A stretch of 64,000 bases of DNA from Eubacteriales bacterium (GCA_045543555.1 JAZQMQ010000023.1:5446-69445); one strand, 5' to 3'. Numbered from the stretch's first letter, positions 18,068 to 27,617 are shown. The notes: generated by a model not told the origin, from the letters alone. Made by a program: numbers and translations.

Positions 18068-19216
18068 TCAGTTCTCCTCTGTGTTTTTCAGATTCTGCTG
18101 ATCACCGAAGTAGATGCGCTCCTCGGTGGATTTGTCGAAGAGGAATACCTTGTGGGGCTTGAGTGAGAAGGATATCGTCTCACCAGAAGATACCTTATAG
18201 TCAGCATCAACGATGGAACGGATCGTCGGGTTAAGTGATGCGGGATGTGTAGAGACGATGGAAACGTCGCGTCCCATAACCTCTACGGTATTAAGATTAC
18301 AGGTGAGAGTACCGCTGGCATCGGGAATGAAGCCCTCGGGACGAACACCCACGGTTACAAGGCAATCAGCCACACCGTCTGTGTTCATAGCGAATTCGCC
18401 GCCTTCAAAGTCGTCAGTGCCGCCTATATAAAGCTTACCGCCCTGTACGTATCCATTGAACACGTTTATTGGGGGAGTTCCGAGGAACTTGGCAACAAAG
18501 AGATTGGTGGGATCGTCGTAAACGTCCTGAGGACGACCGATCTGCTGCAAAACTCCGAGCTTCATAACTACGATCATATCGGAGACAGACATAGCCTCCT
18601 CCTGGTCGTGTGTAACGAAGATGGTTGTGATGCCGGTCTCCTTCTGAATACGGCGGATCTCCTCACGGGTCTGCAAGCGAAGACGTGCGTCAAGATTTGA
18701 AAGAGGCTCGTCAAGGAGCAGGACCTTGGGCATCTTTACAAGAGCACGGGCAATTGCAACACGCTGCTGCTGACCGCCCGAGAGCTCGCTGGGCTTACGG
18801 TCCATAAGTTCGTCGATCTGAACCAGCTTTGCCGCCTCATAGGCTCTCTCTATCATCTGATCCTTGGTCAGCTTGTCCGCGCCGCGCAGATTTTGAAGCG
18901 GGAAAAGAATATTCTGCTTAACTGTCATATGAGGATATAGCGCATAATTCTGGAACACGAGACCTACTCCGCGATTTTCGGGGGTAAGATCGGTTACGTC
19001 CTCATCCCCAAAGAAGATATGTCCGCTTGATGGCTTCTGCAATCCGCTGATCATATACAGCGTGGTACTTTTACCACATCCGGAGGGTCCAAGCAGTCCT
19101 ATCAGCTTACCGTCGGGGATGGTAAAGGAAAAGTCATTGACCGCAATAACTTTCTCGCCTGATTTTTTGTTTCTGGACGGGAAAATCTTGGTCAGATTTT
19201 GCAAAACAACTTTCAT
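18068..19216 (-). CDS. ABC transporter ATP-binding subunit (MalK/UgpC-like)
   Basis: GPSGCGKST, FQNYALYPHM, LSGGQQQR, LLLDEPLSNLD, VTHDQ. Confidence 0.95.
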   Translation of the reverse strand: MKVVLQNLTKIFPSRNKKSGEKVIAVNDFSFTIPDGKLIGLLGPSGCGKSTTLYMISGLQKPSSGHIFFGDEDVTDLTPENRGVGLVFQNYALYPHMTVKQNILFPLQNLRGADKLTKDQMIERAYEAAKLVQIDELMDRKPSELSGGQQQRVAIARALVKMPKVLLLDEPLSNLDARLRLQTREEIRRIQKETGITTIFVTHDQEEAMSVSDMIVVMKLGVLQQIGRPQDVYDDPTNLFVAKFLGTPPINVFNGYVQGGKLYIGGTDDFEGGEFAMNTDGVADCLVTVGVRPEGFIPDASGTLTCNLNTVEVMGRDVSIVSTHPASLNPTIRSIVDADYKVSSGETISFSLKPHKVFLFDKSTEERIYFGDQQNLKNTEEN

Positions 19217-19263
19217 GTCGTTTCCCTTTCTCTATATCATTTTTTCTTTTACAGTTTGTTACT

Positions 19264-20040
19264 TTATAAATTGTCGCTCTTCTCCGAGCTTACACGTTCA
19301 GCGTGAATACACTGCTTGTATGCGATCAGATCATCGACGGTATCAAATATCCTTTGGCTTGCATAATCTACAGCTACAGTGTGTGACAGCTTATCGTGCA
19401 ATACAGAGTGTGTATCCGTTGCAATCAGGAGAATGGCCTGCAGGATCAGGATTCCAAGAAGTATAACAGTTCCTGTGATTCCTATGGCGTTCATATATAT
19501 CATCAGTATGATAAGGACCGGAAGCATCGTTTCTACCGCATACTTTCCCAAGACAGCGCGTACGAAGAGAACGACCGGTGAGATCTTTACGCCATCCTCT
19601 CGCATGACCGCAATTCCAAAGATCTTTTTACCGAGGGTTTGTCCGTTTCCAAACAACAGCGGGACAATAAATTCAAGCAGAATGAACGCGATGAAAATAC
19701 TGATGGATATGATCAAAAAAGTAAGATTTATAAGCACGTTATATACGTAATTTGCTTCCTTGTCTTTTGAAAACTCATCCATTGCGAATTTGTATATGTC
19801 CAGCTCTTCTTTGGTAAGCTTTTCGTAATCTTCTTCTGAAATATCAAAATCCACGTTATATTTTTTTTCATATTCTTCGCTTATCGATTCCAAGCGGGCT
19901 GTATGATCGTCGTAGCCCAACGCACATGACATAACAAATGCTACACCAACAACCAATATTGACGCTAAAATAAAGTCAAAAAGAGCCGCGGAAATACGTT
20001 TCCACATACCTGCTTTTTGAAGGTCATACATAAAATTCAC
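19264..20040 (-). CDS. RDD-family membrane protein
   Basis: KRISAALFD, GQTLGKKIFGI, LHDKLSHT.V. Confidence 0.8.
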   Translation of the reverse strand: MNFMYDLQKAGMWKRISAALFDFILASILVVGVAFVMSCALGYDDHTARLESISEEYEKKYNVDFDISEEDYEKLTKEELDIYKFAMDEFSKDKEANYVYNVLINLTFLIISISIFIAFILLEFIVPLLFGNGQTLGKKIFGIAVMREDGVKISPVVLFVRAVLGKYAVETMLPVLIILMIYMNAIGITGTVILLGILILQAILLIATDTHSVLHDKLSHTVAVDYASQRIFDTVDDLIAYKQCIHAERVSSEKSDNL

Positions 20041-20126
20041 CTCCTGTACCGGCTCAATGCATTATTAACTCATCTCTGTTCTATCATTTATCAAAAACAC
20101 GCGCAAAAACATAGACGTTCAGCATA

Positions 20127-20155
20127 ATTATAGTATATGTCGGAACAAAAATCAA
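20127..20155 (-). promoter_or_regulatory. sigma-A promoter of the RDD-ABC-nuclease operon
   Basis: Minus strand TTGATT-17 nt-TATAAT. Confidence 0.65.
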
Positions 20156-20206
20156 GTCTTTAACGCAAAATAAAAGCTCAAAATATACAATTATACAAAA
20201 TACAGA

Positions 20207-20236
20207 GCAAGAAGCAAGATCAACCTTGCTTCTTGC
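20207..20236. terminator. Hairpin downstream of the NT5C-GK gene
   Basis: GCAAGAAGCAAG-6 nt-CTTGCTTCTTGC. Confidence 0.55.
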
Positions 20237-20256
20237 GGTTTTTATTGTTGTGCGTA

Positions 20257-21363
20257 TCATTTTTCAATCGCATCAGTTATATCGCTCGCGGCTTTGTCGA
20301 TGCCGTTATCGGTGGATACAGACAGATCGCAAAGCTCTTCGTTGCGGTATTCGTCGTCGAGGGAGAGAATGCGGCAGGTAATATCGTCGGAAGAAAGGTC
20401 TCGTGTAACGATATCCTTGATCACATCATAGCGCGTTTTGTTCAGGAAAACCAGCAACGCTTTCTGCTGATAGCGATTTTTCAGCGTCAGCGCGCCGCAG
20501 ATATCGATGGGAATGACCGCTATTTTACCGCGTTCAACAACCGAATCGATCTCTTTTGCCTCCGTTCCGAAATAATGTCCGCTGTAAACCGTAGTCTCAA
20601 GGAAACGACCCGCCTCTGCCTCTGAAACGAATTCAGACACATTGAGAAAACGGTAATGACCGATCGACTCACCGTTTCTGCGTGGACGTGTGGTGGCGGT
20701 AGTGGGCTTTTCCATACCGTGATCCTCGATAAGCTTCTGTGCCACTGCGGTCTTTCCGCTACCCGTAGGACCAACAAGACAAACGACGCCTCCGTTTTTC
20801 AAATCAGGCTTTTCCGCGGAAAATGAATTTCTTATCATTTCAACCAAATGCAAAAAGTCCTCATAAGAATTAACCGAAAGAAGACCTGAAAGATGAGTGT
20901 TCCACGGCTTACGGAAAAGCACCGGATACGTGGCGGGAGTACGAGTAATATTATGGGCACCGTCGTCGAGAAGAATATCCAAATTTACCATATCCTTTCG
21001 TGTGCCGATAAGAATATGCTCGGGCGGGACCTCAGGAAAATCCTTCACCAAGCGTTCTGCTCTTGCCGACATACAAACCGGTGGCACAGCGGTAACAAAA
21101 AAGACATCCGCCACAGCGCAAAGACTGCGCACAAGCTCAACCGCCCCCGGCAGAATGGGCTGGTTTGCCACAAAATCAGGGTCGGAAAAATATCGCAGAC
21201 GACCGTCAGCCAGGTTATGACCGTCTCCCCAGCCCTTAATATCGTATATAGTCAGCAGTGGGGTGATATTCTGCTCTGCATTCAGGCGCTCCAGGGCATA
21301 TCCGTTACAATCATAGAGAATATCGTCTACATCAAGACCGATTCTCAGCTTGTATTTTTTCAT
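20257..21363 (-). CDS. Fusion of HAD 5'(3')-deoxyribonucleotidase (NT5C-like) and guanylate-kinase-like domains
   Basis: N-terminal LDVDDIL, FVTA, DILLDDG, PWN. C-terminal GPTGSGKT, TTRPRRNGE, Y.F, YSGHYFGT. ATG 21363 follows GAGGA. Confidence 0.82.
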   Translation of the reverse strand: MKKYKLRIGLDVDDILYDCNGYALERLNAEQNITPLLTIYDIKGWGDGHNLADGRLRYFSDPDFVANQPILPGAVELVRSLCAVADVFFVTAVPPVCMSARAERLVKDFPEVPPEHILIGTRKDMVNLDILLDDGAHNITRTPATYPVLFRKPWNTHLSGLLSVNSYEDFLHLVEMIRNSFSAEKPDLKNGGVVCLVGPTGSGKTAVAQKLIEDHGMEKPTTATTRPRRNGESIGHYRFLNVSEFVSEAEAGRFLETTVYSGHYFGTEAKEIDSVVERGKIAVIPIDICGALTLKNRYQQKALLVFLNKTRYDVIKDIVTRDLSSDDITCRILSLDDEYRNEELCDLSVSTDNGIDKAASDITDAIEK

Positions 21364-21553
21364 ATAATCCTCTTTCCGTTTGATATGCACCCACATACAC
21401 GATCCGTCGCATTTGCCACACAAAAAATGCGGTTATACGCCCGGTGCAAATCAAAATAATCCAATAAGTACGACTTAAGAAAACAAATAAACTTGATCTG
21501 ATAATCAAAAAACGCTTTAGTATTTATCAATATCAAACAACTGATTCACCAAC

Positions 21554-21582
21554 ATCATATCACAAGTGCCGGTCATTGTAAA
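21554..21582 (-). promoter_or_regulatory. Candidate sigma-A promoter giving an approximately 185 nt leader to the NT5C-GK gene
   Basis: Minus strand TTTACA-17 nt-TATGAT with extended TG. Confidence 0.5.
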
Positions 21583-21608
21583 TACGTATTTTACATTTTG
21601 GGCAGATA

Positions 21609-21794
21609 TTATAGATGTAATTTTGTTATTTTTTCACATTCCCGTTTTTTCTTTGCCTTCCAAAATCCCGCATAAGAGCGGTATACGATATATACTGATA
21701 TTTCTTCAAGTGACATATCGGTGGTATTTAAAAGATGCTCTGCAACGTTCATTCTGATCTCGGACAGCTCCTTTAAAAGGCATTTCCCATAAAT
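21609..21794 (-). pseudogene. C-terminal fragment of an AraC-family regulator
   Basis: Manual translation IYGKCLLKELSEIRMNVAEHLLNTTDMSLEEIS.YI.YRSYAGFWKA fits the AraC second-HTH pattern; an in-frame stop lies directly upstream. Confidence 0.6.
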
Positions 21795-21828
21795 TTAATG
21801 ACAAGTCTCTACGTTTGGCGTTCGGAAA

Positions 21829-22196
21829 GATGCAAAACGCAATACCGAGCTCAATTCGCTGTTCAAAAGGCTGTACGAGGATAATGTCCTTGGACGTATC
21901 ACCAACGAGCAGTTCCGCTTATTATCCGAAGGATACAATGCAGAGCAAAGAGAGATAACCGAAAGGCTCCCCATCCTTGAAAAAGAGATCGAGCATTTGA
22001 AAGCATCTGCAAACAACGTGGAACAATTCGTAGCCCTCGCAAAAAATTCATCAATATCGAAGCGCTCACACCCGAGATCATCCGAACCTTTATATCCAAG
22101 ATCGTGATACACGAAAAAAGCGTAAAGCATTGTAAATCCGCCACACAGCAGATCGACATATACTTTACGCATATCGGAATGCTTCACGCCGTCTGA
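21829..22196 (+). pseudogene. C-terminal (DUF4368-like) fragment of a large serine recombinase, frameshifted
   Basis: ELNSLFKRLYEDNVLGRITNEQFRLLSEGYNAEQ...VEQFVALAK, a frameshift in the A-run at 22041-22046, then LTPEIIRTFISKIVIHE...QQIDIYF..IG. No catalytic N-terminus. Confidence 0.75.
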
Positions 22197-22321
22197 TAAA
22201 AACAAAGAGAAAAGGCGGATAGAAGCAGAATCATCTGCAACTATCCGTCTTTTCTCGTCCATTACACCAATATCCATAAACTTCTTTACGGTAACCAGCG
22301 TTTACATTCGGTTCTTTTTTA

Positions 22322-23046
22322 TTATATCTCGATCTCAAGCCCATCCTCTGCGAGTTTGCAAGGGAACGGTGCGTCTTCTTCAAGTTTCCGAAGGAAAGGC
22401 TCTCTTTCGGGGTTTATAATGTTAATTATCATACGCTTGGTTTTGTTTTTTGCGATTATATCGTTTGCTGTACCGGGGGGTGTGATGTGCACCCTCACAT
22501 ACAACGAGGTCGTATTCTATATCACCGAGCAGGGACAGATAATCACCGAATCCGTATCCGAGGTCGCCCGAAAGGAATATTGTCTTGCCTTCCCCTCTAC
22601 TCTAAATGAGTACGACACCTCCGAATGCTTATTTCTGAGAGCTGTGACCTTAAGAATACCGTCGTCGAATATTACACCTTCGCCGTAAACAACGCTTCTC
22701 AGCCCTTCCCTTCTTTTAAATCCGAGGAGAGTAGTTATCCAGCTGTCGACCGCGTCGATACACTTCTGTTCGGGATAGTGAAATAACGGATCGCAATCAA
22801 CGTATCCTATCCACCACATAAGCTCCGAGCAGAACGCGGGCAGACCGTTCATGTGGTCGGAATGAGCGTAGTAATAAACACTCCTTTAACGCTGTTGTGA
22901 GGTATTTCAGCACGCTCAAGCAGAGCCGAAACGGGCGCCCCTGCGTCAAAAATACAGGTATTTTCTCCCACCTGCAAAAACAGTGACGCACAAAACCTCT
23001 TACATTCGGGCACTCCGTGTCCCTCACCGGCAACCGTCAGCTTCAT
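22322..23046 (-). pseudogene. MBL-fold metallo-hydrolase (RNase Z-like) broken by three frameshifts
   Basis: Starts MKLTV.G..HGVP, IFDAG. The HxHxDH motif is restored by one added base near 22869. Further shifts near 22592 (restores KTIFLSGD) and in the G-run at 22475-22480. Confidence 0.75.
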
Positions 23047-23096
23047 TAGAATCTTCCTGACTATATTTTCGGAATTTATTTATATGGTTACTACAA

Positions 23097-23894
23097 TCAA
23101 ATATTAAATAATTTTGCGGCGTTATTATAAAATATATCTTCGCGCTGTTCTTCCGTCAAGTCGATGCTGAGGAATCTTTCTATCTCGACCTCGGGATTCC
23201 ACATAGGGTAATCGGTACCGAAAAGCACACGGTCGGAACCGTACGCCAAAATAAGCTCCTTTGCTTTTTCGGGTGATATTGCAAATAGGGACGAGGAGCA
23301 ATCCACGTAAAAGTTTTTATAACCGCAAAGCTTACTTGTCGCTTCCTCCCAAATTGAATAGCCTCCGAAATGGGCGCCGATGAACACAAGATCCTTATAA
23401 ATATCAAGTATCGGCTTGATCCTGTTTGGATTTGAATAGTCGTAGCGGCTATCTCCTGTATGAACAAGCAGAGGTAATCTGCCCTCGCAAAGCTCGTATA
23501 TTTTGAGCATACGGTAGTCGTCAAGCTTAAATTTTTGTATATCCGGATGAAGCTTAACTCCCTTCAGCCCCAGTTCAATTATCTCGTTTACGTCCGCCTC
23601 AATATCCTCACTGTCGGGGTGAAGTGTGCCGAGTCCCGTAAAGGTGCCTTCACTTTCCGCAACCGATGCCGCAATGAATTTATTTATGCTTGACACCTGC
23701 TTGGGAGTCGTTGCGACCGACTGAACGATAAAATGATCTATCCCCGCATTTTTTCCGTGCTCCAGCAGGGTCGATATTTTCCCGTCAAAGCACATTGGAA
23801 TATCATAAAACTTTCCCGTGCTGTCGGAAGCCTTCTCCGCTATTTTATCGGGGTAAATGTGACAGTGAGCGTCGATAATTCTATATTTCTTCAT
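23097..23894 (-). CDS. Amidohydrolase family protein (Amidohydro_2-like)
   Basis: IDAHCH, GVKLHP, VHTGD, AHFGG, LFGTDYP. Confidence 0.85.
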   Translation of the reverse strand: MKKYRIIDAHCHIYPDKIAEKASDSTGKFYDIPMCFDGKISTLLEHGKNAGIDHFIVQSVATTPKQVSSINKFIAASVAESEGTFTGLGTLHPDSEDIEADVNEIIELGLKGVKLHPDIQKFKLDDYRMLKIYELCEGRLPLLVHTGDSRYDYSNPNRIKPILDIYKDLVFIGAHFGGYSIWEEATSKLCGYKNFYVDCSSSLFAISPEKAKELILAYGSDRVLFGTDYPMWNPEVEIERFLSIDLTEEQREDIFYNNAAKLFNI

Positions 23895-23957
23895 TTGGTC
23901 TGCTCTTTTCTTTAAAGACCGACACCGTATGCGGTGTCGGTCTTCTGTCTTTTGATA

Positions 23958-24989
23958 TTAGCCGTAGATGATCTGCTCTGCCATTTCGGTTGCGATAACA
24001 CCCTCGGGCTTACCGGTCTCCTTGGACTCGGTGAGGATCTTCTCGATGGAATTGTAGATGTTGTCGACCTTGGTAAGAACTGCGTCCTTATTGTAGGGGC
24101 CGTCAACCTCTGCTGCCGCGTTAATAACGCCGCCACCGTTGATTACCAAGTCGGGAGCGTAGTAGATGCCTCTTGCCTTGAGTGCAAGACCCGAAGCGTC
24201 ATCGAGGATCTGGTTGTTTGCTCCACCTGCAACTGCCTTACAGTTAAGGGTGGGGATTGTGTTGGGGTTGATGATAGCGCCCATAGCGTTGGGGGAGAAG
24301 ATGTCACACTTGACGGACATAATCTCGTTAGTCGAAACCACAGTCGCGCCGAATTCCTCAGCAGCCTTAGCCGCAATCTCCTTGTTGGAGCGGTTAGCAA
24401 CGATGAGCTTTGCGCCGCTGTTGTGAAGGTGACGGCAGAGGTCATAGCCGACCTTACCGAGACCCTGAACCGCGATGGTAAGTCCGTCAAGGTTATCGGA
24501 GCCGAAGGCTACCTTTGCGGTTGCCTTGATACCCTGCCATACGCCGCGTGCGGTGAAGGGGGAGGGGTCGCCGCTATTCTGGGGAAGTCCGCAGATGTGG
24601 TTTGTCTTGCGGAGCATAACGAGTGCGTCGTCACAGGTGGTATTTACGTCCTCAGCAGTTATGTAGTCGCCGCCGAGGTTGTTAACTGCCTCGCCGAATG
24701 CCTCGAACATTGCTTCGGTCTTCATGGAGGGGTCAGCGATGATTACGCCCTTACCGCCCCCGTGAGGAAGTCCTGCCATAGCATTCTTGTGGGACATACC
24801 TCTTGAAAGACGGAGTACGTCGAAGAGCGCATCGTCGTAGGACGCATAGGGGAAGAGACGGCAGCCGCCGATTGCAGGGCCGAGATTGGTGTTGTGAACA
24901 GCGATGATAGCCTTAAGGCCTGCCTTTTCGTTGTTTACGAAAAGCACCTTTTCATGGCGCCATGTAGTCATTTCAGTCATTGCATTCAT
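23958..24989 (-). CDS. ldh: Leucine (Glu/Leu/Phe/Val family) dehydrogenase
   Basis: GPAIGGCR, LSRGMSHK, GGGKGVI, ITAEDV, GDPSPFTA, VQGLGKVG, GGANNQ. ATG 24989 follows AAGGAG. Confidence 0.9.
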   Translation of the reverse strand: MNAMTEMTTWRHEKVLFVNNEKAGLKAIIAVHNTNLGPAIGGCRLFPYASYDDALFDVLRLSRGMSHKNAMAGLPHGGGKGVIIADPSMKTEAMFEAFGEAVNNLGGDYITAEDVNTTCDDALVMLRKTNHICGLPQNSGDPSPFTARGVWQGIKATAKVAFGSDNLDGLTIAVQGLGKVGYDLCRHLHNSGAKLIVANRSNKEIAAKAAEEFGATVVSTNEIMSVKCDIFSPNAMGAIINPNTIPTLNCKAVAGGANNQILDDASGLALKARGIYYAPDLVINGGGVINAAAEVDGPYNKDAVLTKVDNIYNSIEKILTESKETGKPEGVIATEMAEQIIYG

Positions 24990-25030
24990 GGTTTTATTCT
25001 CCTTTGATAAAAGCTGCAGGAACAGCAAGA

Positions 25031-25570
25031 TTACTTGTTATAGGTCATACCCATGTTGAGAGCCTTCATATTGAGCTCCTTCAGGGCTGCCTTCTTTGCG
25101 GGAACGAGCTTTTCAACTACCTCAGCAGTTCCATCAAAGGAAAGCTCGGGGTTGTTTTCAAGCAGGTGACCGACGATTATCATATTTGCAAGGGTGGTTA
25201 TTCCCTCGTCCTTTGCCATCTGAGTTGCGGGAATATAGAATACCTCTACGTCCTCACGCTCGACCTTAACGTCGATAAGCGAGGAGTCAACGTATATCTG
25301 ACCGCCCGAAACCACGGTGTTTACGTACTTCTGAAGCGAGGGGGTGTTCATTGCGATAAGAACGTCGGGGGTCGTGATTATGGGTGAACCAACGGGAGAT
25401 TCGGAAATGATAACGTTACAGTTAGCGGTTCCGCCTCTCATTTCGGGACCGTAGGAAGGAAGCCAGGAAACCTGATAGTCATCCATAAGTCCTTTGTATG
25501 CAAGGAATTTTCCGGAAAACAGTATTCCCTGTCCTCCGAAGCCTGCAATGAGGATCTGCGTAGTTTTCAT
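25031..25570 (-). CDS. 2-oxoacid:ferredoxin oxidoreductase gamma subunit
   Basis: AGFGGQG, PSYGPEMRGGTA. Confidence 0.92.
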   Translation of the reverse strand: MKTTQILIAGFGGQGILFSGKFLAYKGLMDDYQVSWLPSYGPEMRGGTANCNVIISESPVGSPIITTPDVLIAMNTPSLQKYVNTVVSGGQIYVDSSLIDVKVEREDVEVFYIPATQMAKDEGITTLANMIIVGHLLENNPELSFDGTAEVVEKLVPAKKAALKELNMKALNMGMTYNK

Positions 25571-25571
25571 A

Positions 25572-26327
25572 TTACTGTTCCTCCTTGCTTGCGCTTCTGT
25601 CCTTATATACGCCGATTGGATAATAAGGAAGCATATCGCTCTCGATCCACTTAAGTGCCGCCTCAGGAGTCATTCCCCAGTTGGTCGGACACGCGGAAAC
25701 GACCTCAACAAGTGAGAAGCCCTTTCCTGCGACCTGATTTTCAAAGGCCTTTTTGATTGCTTTCTTAGCATTCTTTACGTTCTTTACGTTATTAACGGCC
25801 ACACGTGCTATATACTCGGGACCTTCAAGCGTTGACAGCATCTCGCTAACCTTGATGGGCCAACCGCAGTGATTAACATCGCGTCCGTAAGGAGAGGTCT
25901 GAGTTACCTGACCGGGAAGGCTTGTAGGAGCCATCTGTCCACCGGTCATACCGTAAATTGCGTTATTTACGAAGATAACGGTAATGTTTTCGTTTCTTGC
26001 GGCAGAATGTACGGTTTCTGCCATACCGATGGAAGCAAGGTCACCGTCGCCCTGATAGGTGAATACCACGTTTTCGGGACGGCAACGCTTAATTCCCGTT
26101 GCAACTGCGGGAGCTCTTCCGTGAGGAGCTTCGATCATATCGCAAGCAAAATAATCGTAAGCCATTACTGCACATCCAACGGGTGCAACACCGATAGCCT
26201 TACCCTCTATTCCAAGCTCATCCATTACCTCAGCTACGAGGCGGTGAATAATTCCGTGAGGGCAACCGGGACAATAGTGGAAGGGAGCGTCTGTAAGAGA
26301 CTTGGGTTTTTCAAATACAATTGCCAT
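25572..26327 (-). CDS. 2-oxoacid:ferredoxin oxidoreductase beta (TPP-binding) subunit, VOR type
   Basis: YCPGC.HG, HGRAPA, QGDGD...[16 protein letters not shown]. Confidence 0.92.
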   Translation of the reverse strand: MAIVFEKPKSLTDAPFHYCPGCPHGIIHRLVAEVMDELGIEGKAIGVAPVGCAVMAYDYFACDMIEAPHGRAPAVATGIKRCRPENVVFTYQGDGDLASIGMAETVHSAARNENITVIFVNNAIYGMTGGQMAPTSLPGQVTQTSPYGRDVNHCGWPIKVSEMLSTLEGPEYIARVAVNNVKNVKNAKKAIKKAFENQVAGKGFSLVEVVSACPTNWGMTPEAALKWIESDMLPYYPIGVYKDRSASKEEQ

Positions 26328-26328
26328 C

Positions 26329-27390
26329 TTAGTTTTCTCCTTTCTCAGCTCGTTGAATGGATTCAAGCACCTGATCGGGACTTGGTATCATACCACCTGT
26401 ACGGTTGCACAGGGTTACGGGCTTCTTGCACTGTGAATAGAGGCGAATATCCTCGATCATCTGACCCATATTAAGCTCTACCGAGATAAACGACTTTACC
26501 TTATCGGCAGCAGCTGCGATAGCCTTTGCCGGGAATGGCCAAAGTGTGATGGGGCGGATAAGACCGACCTTGATGCCTTGGCTGCGCGCAGTTACTACGG
26601 CATTCTTGGCAACTCTGGATGCAATACCGAATGCAACAACGCAGATTTCCGCATCCTCCATCATATATTCCTCCCACATTGGCTCGTTTTCTTCGATGAG
26701 AGCATACTTTTCGTAGCGGTCGAAGTTCTTCTTTTCGAGCTCGTCGGGCTTTAAGTACAGTGAGTTGACTATGTTATGGGGACGCTTACATTCCGTACCT
26801 GTGAGTGCCCAAGGCTTTTCGTAAACGGTGGGCTCCTCTTCCTCAAACACTATAGGCTCCATCATCTGACCGATGGTACCGTCTGCGAGGATCATGGAGG
26901 TCATGCAATACTTGTCTGCAAGGTCGAAGCCCTTGATCGTGAGGCTTGCCATTTCCTGAACCGACGCGGGAGCGAGAACGATCATACGGTAGTCACCGTG
27001 ACCGCCGCCCTTTACCGCCTGAAAATAGTCGGACTGAGAGGGCTGAATACCGCCGAGACCGGGGCCGCCTCTCTGTACGTTGACAACGAGTGCAGGAACG
27101 TCTGAGCCGGCTATGTAGCTAAGGCCCTCGGTCTTAAGGGAGATTCCGGGGCTGGAGGAGGAGGTCATTACTCTCATACCTGCAGCCGCCGCACCGTAGA
27201 CCATATTTATAGATGCAATTTCACTCTCCGCCTGAAGGAATACACCGCCGATCTTGGGCATTTTCTTTGCCATATAAGCGGCGATCTCGGTCTGGGGAGT
27301 TATCGGGTAACCGAAATAGTGACGGCAACCGGCACGTATAGCGGCTTCGGCTATCGCCTCGTTGCCCTTCATTAAAATTCTTTCTGCCAT
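26329..27390 (-). CDS. vorB: 2-ketoisovalerate:ferredoxin oxidoreductase alpha subunit (VorB-like)
   Basis: KGNEA, GYPITPQ, QAESE, TSSSSPG, RGGPGLG..QPSQSDY. Confidence 0.88.
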   Translation of the reverse strand: MAERILMKGNEAIAEAAIRAGCRHYFGYPITPQTEIAAYMAKKMPKIGGVFLQAESEIASINMVYGAAAAGMRVMTSSSSPGISLKTEGLSYIAGSDVPALVVNVQRGGPGLGGIQPSQSDYFQAVKGGGHGDYRMIVLAPASVQEMASLTIKGFDLADKYCMTSMILADGTIGQMMEPIVFEEEEPTVYEKPWALTGTECKRPHNIVNSLYLKPDELEKKNFDRYEKYALIEENEPMWEEYMMEDAEICVVAFGIASRVAKNAVVTARSQGIKVGLIRPITLWPFPAKAIAAAADKVKSFISVELNMGQMIEDIRLYSQCKKPVTLCNRTGGMIPSPDQVLESIQRAEKGEN

Positions 27391-27400
27391 GGTTTTCTCC

Positions 27401-27607
27401 TTATTTTTCGACAGTAATTATGCAATCGGGACACATTGTCGCACAGAAAGCACAACCTATACATTTATTCTGATCCTTAATATACGCAGGTGAATAACCC
27501 TTTGCATTAAGCTTATCTGAAGCTATGTCGAGACAGCCCTTGGGGCAAGCGCCGACGCAAAGTCCGCAGCCCTTGCACATATCGGTATTAAAAGTTACCT
27601 TTGCCAT
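27401..27607 (-). CDS. 2[4Fe-4S] ferredoxin (delta subunit)
   Basis: CKGCGLCVGACP and CIGCAFCATMCP. Confidence 0.92.
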   Translation of the reverse strand: MAKVTFNTDMCKGCGLCVGACPKGCLDIASDKLNAKGYSPAYIKDQNKCIGCAFCATMCPDCIITVEK

Positions 27608-27617
27608 TGTTTTCTCC

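Noticed and set aside
21379-21455. Purine riboswitch
   Set aside because: Only the CGUAUAA segment matches; the J2/3 UUCUAC and P3 loop are absent. Kept as an unclassified structure.
21795-22277. Minus-strand 160 aa and 86 aa ORFs
   Set aside because: They are the reverse complement of the frameshifted recombinase fragment on the plus strand.
23934-24806. 290 aa plus-strand ORF
   Set aside because: Antisense to leucine dehydrogenase; typical shadow ORF.
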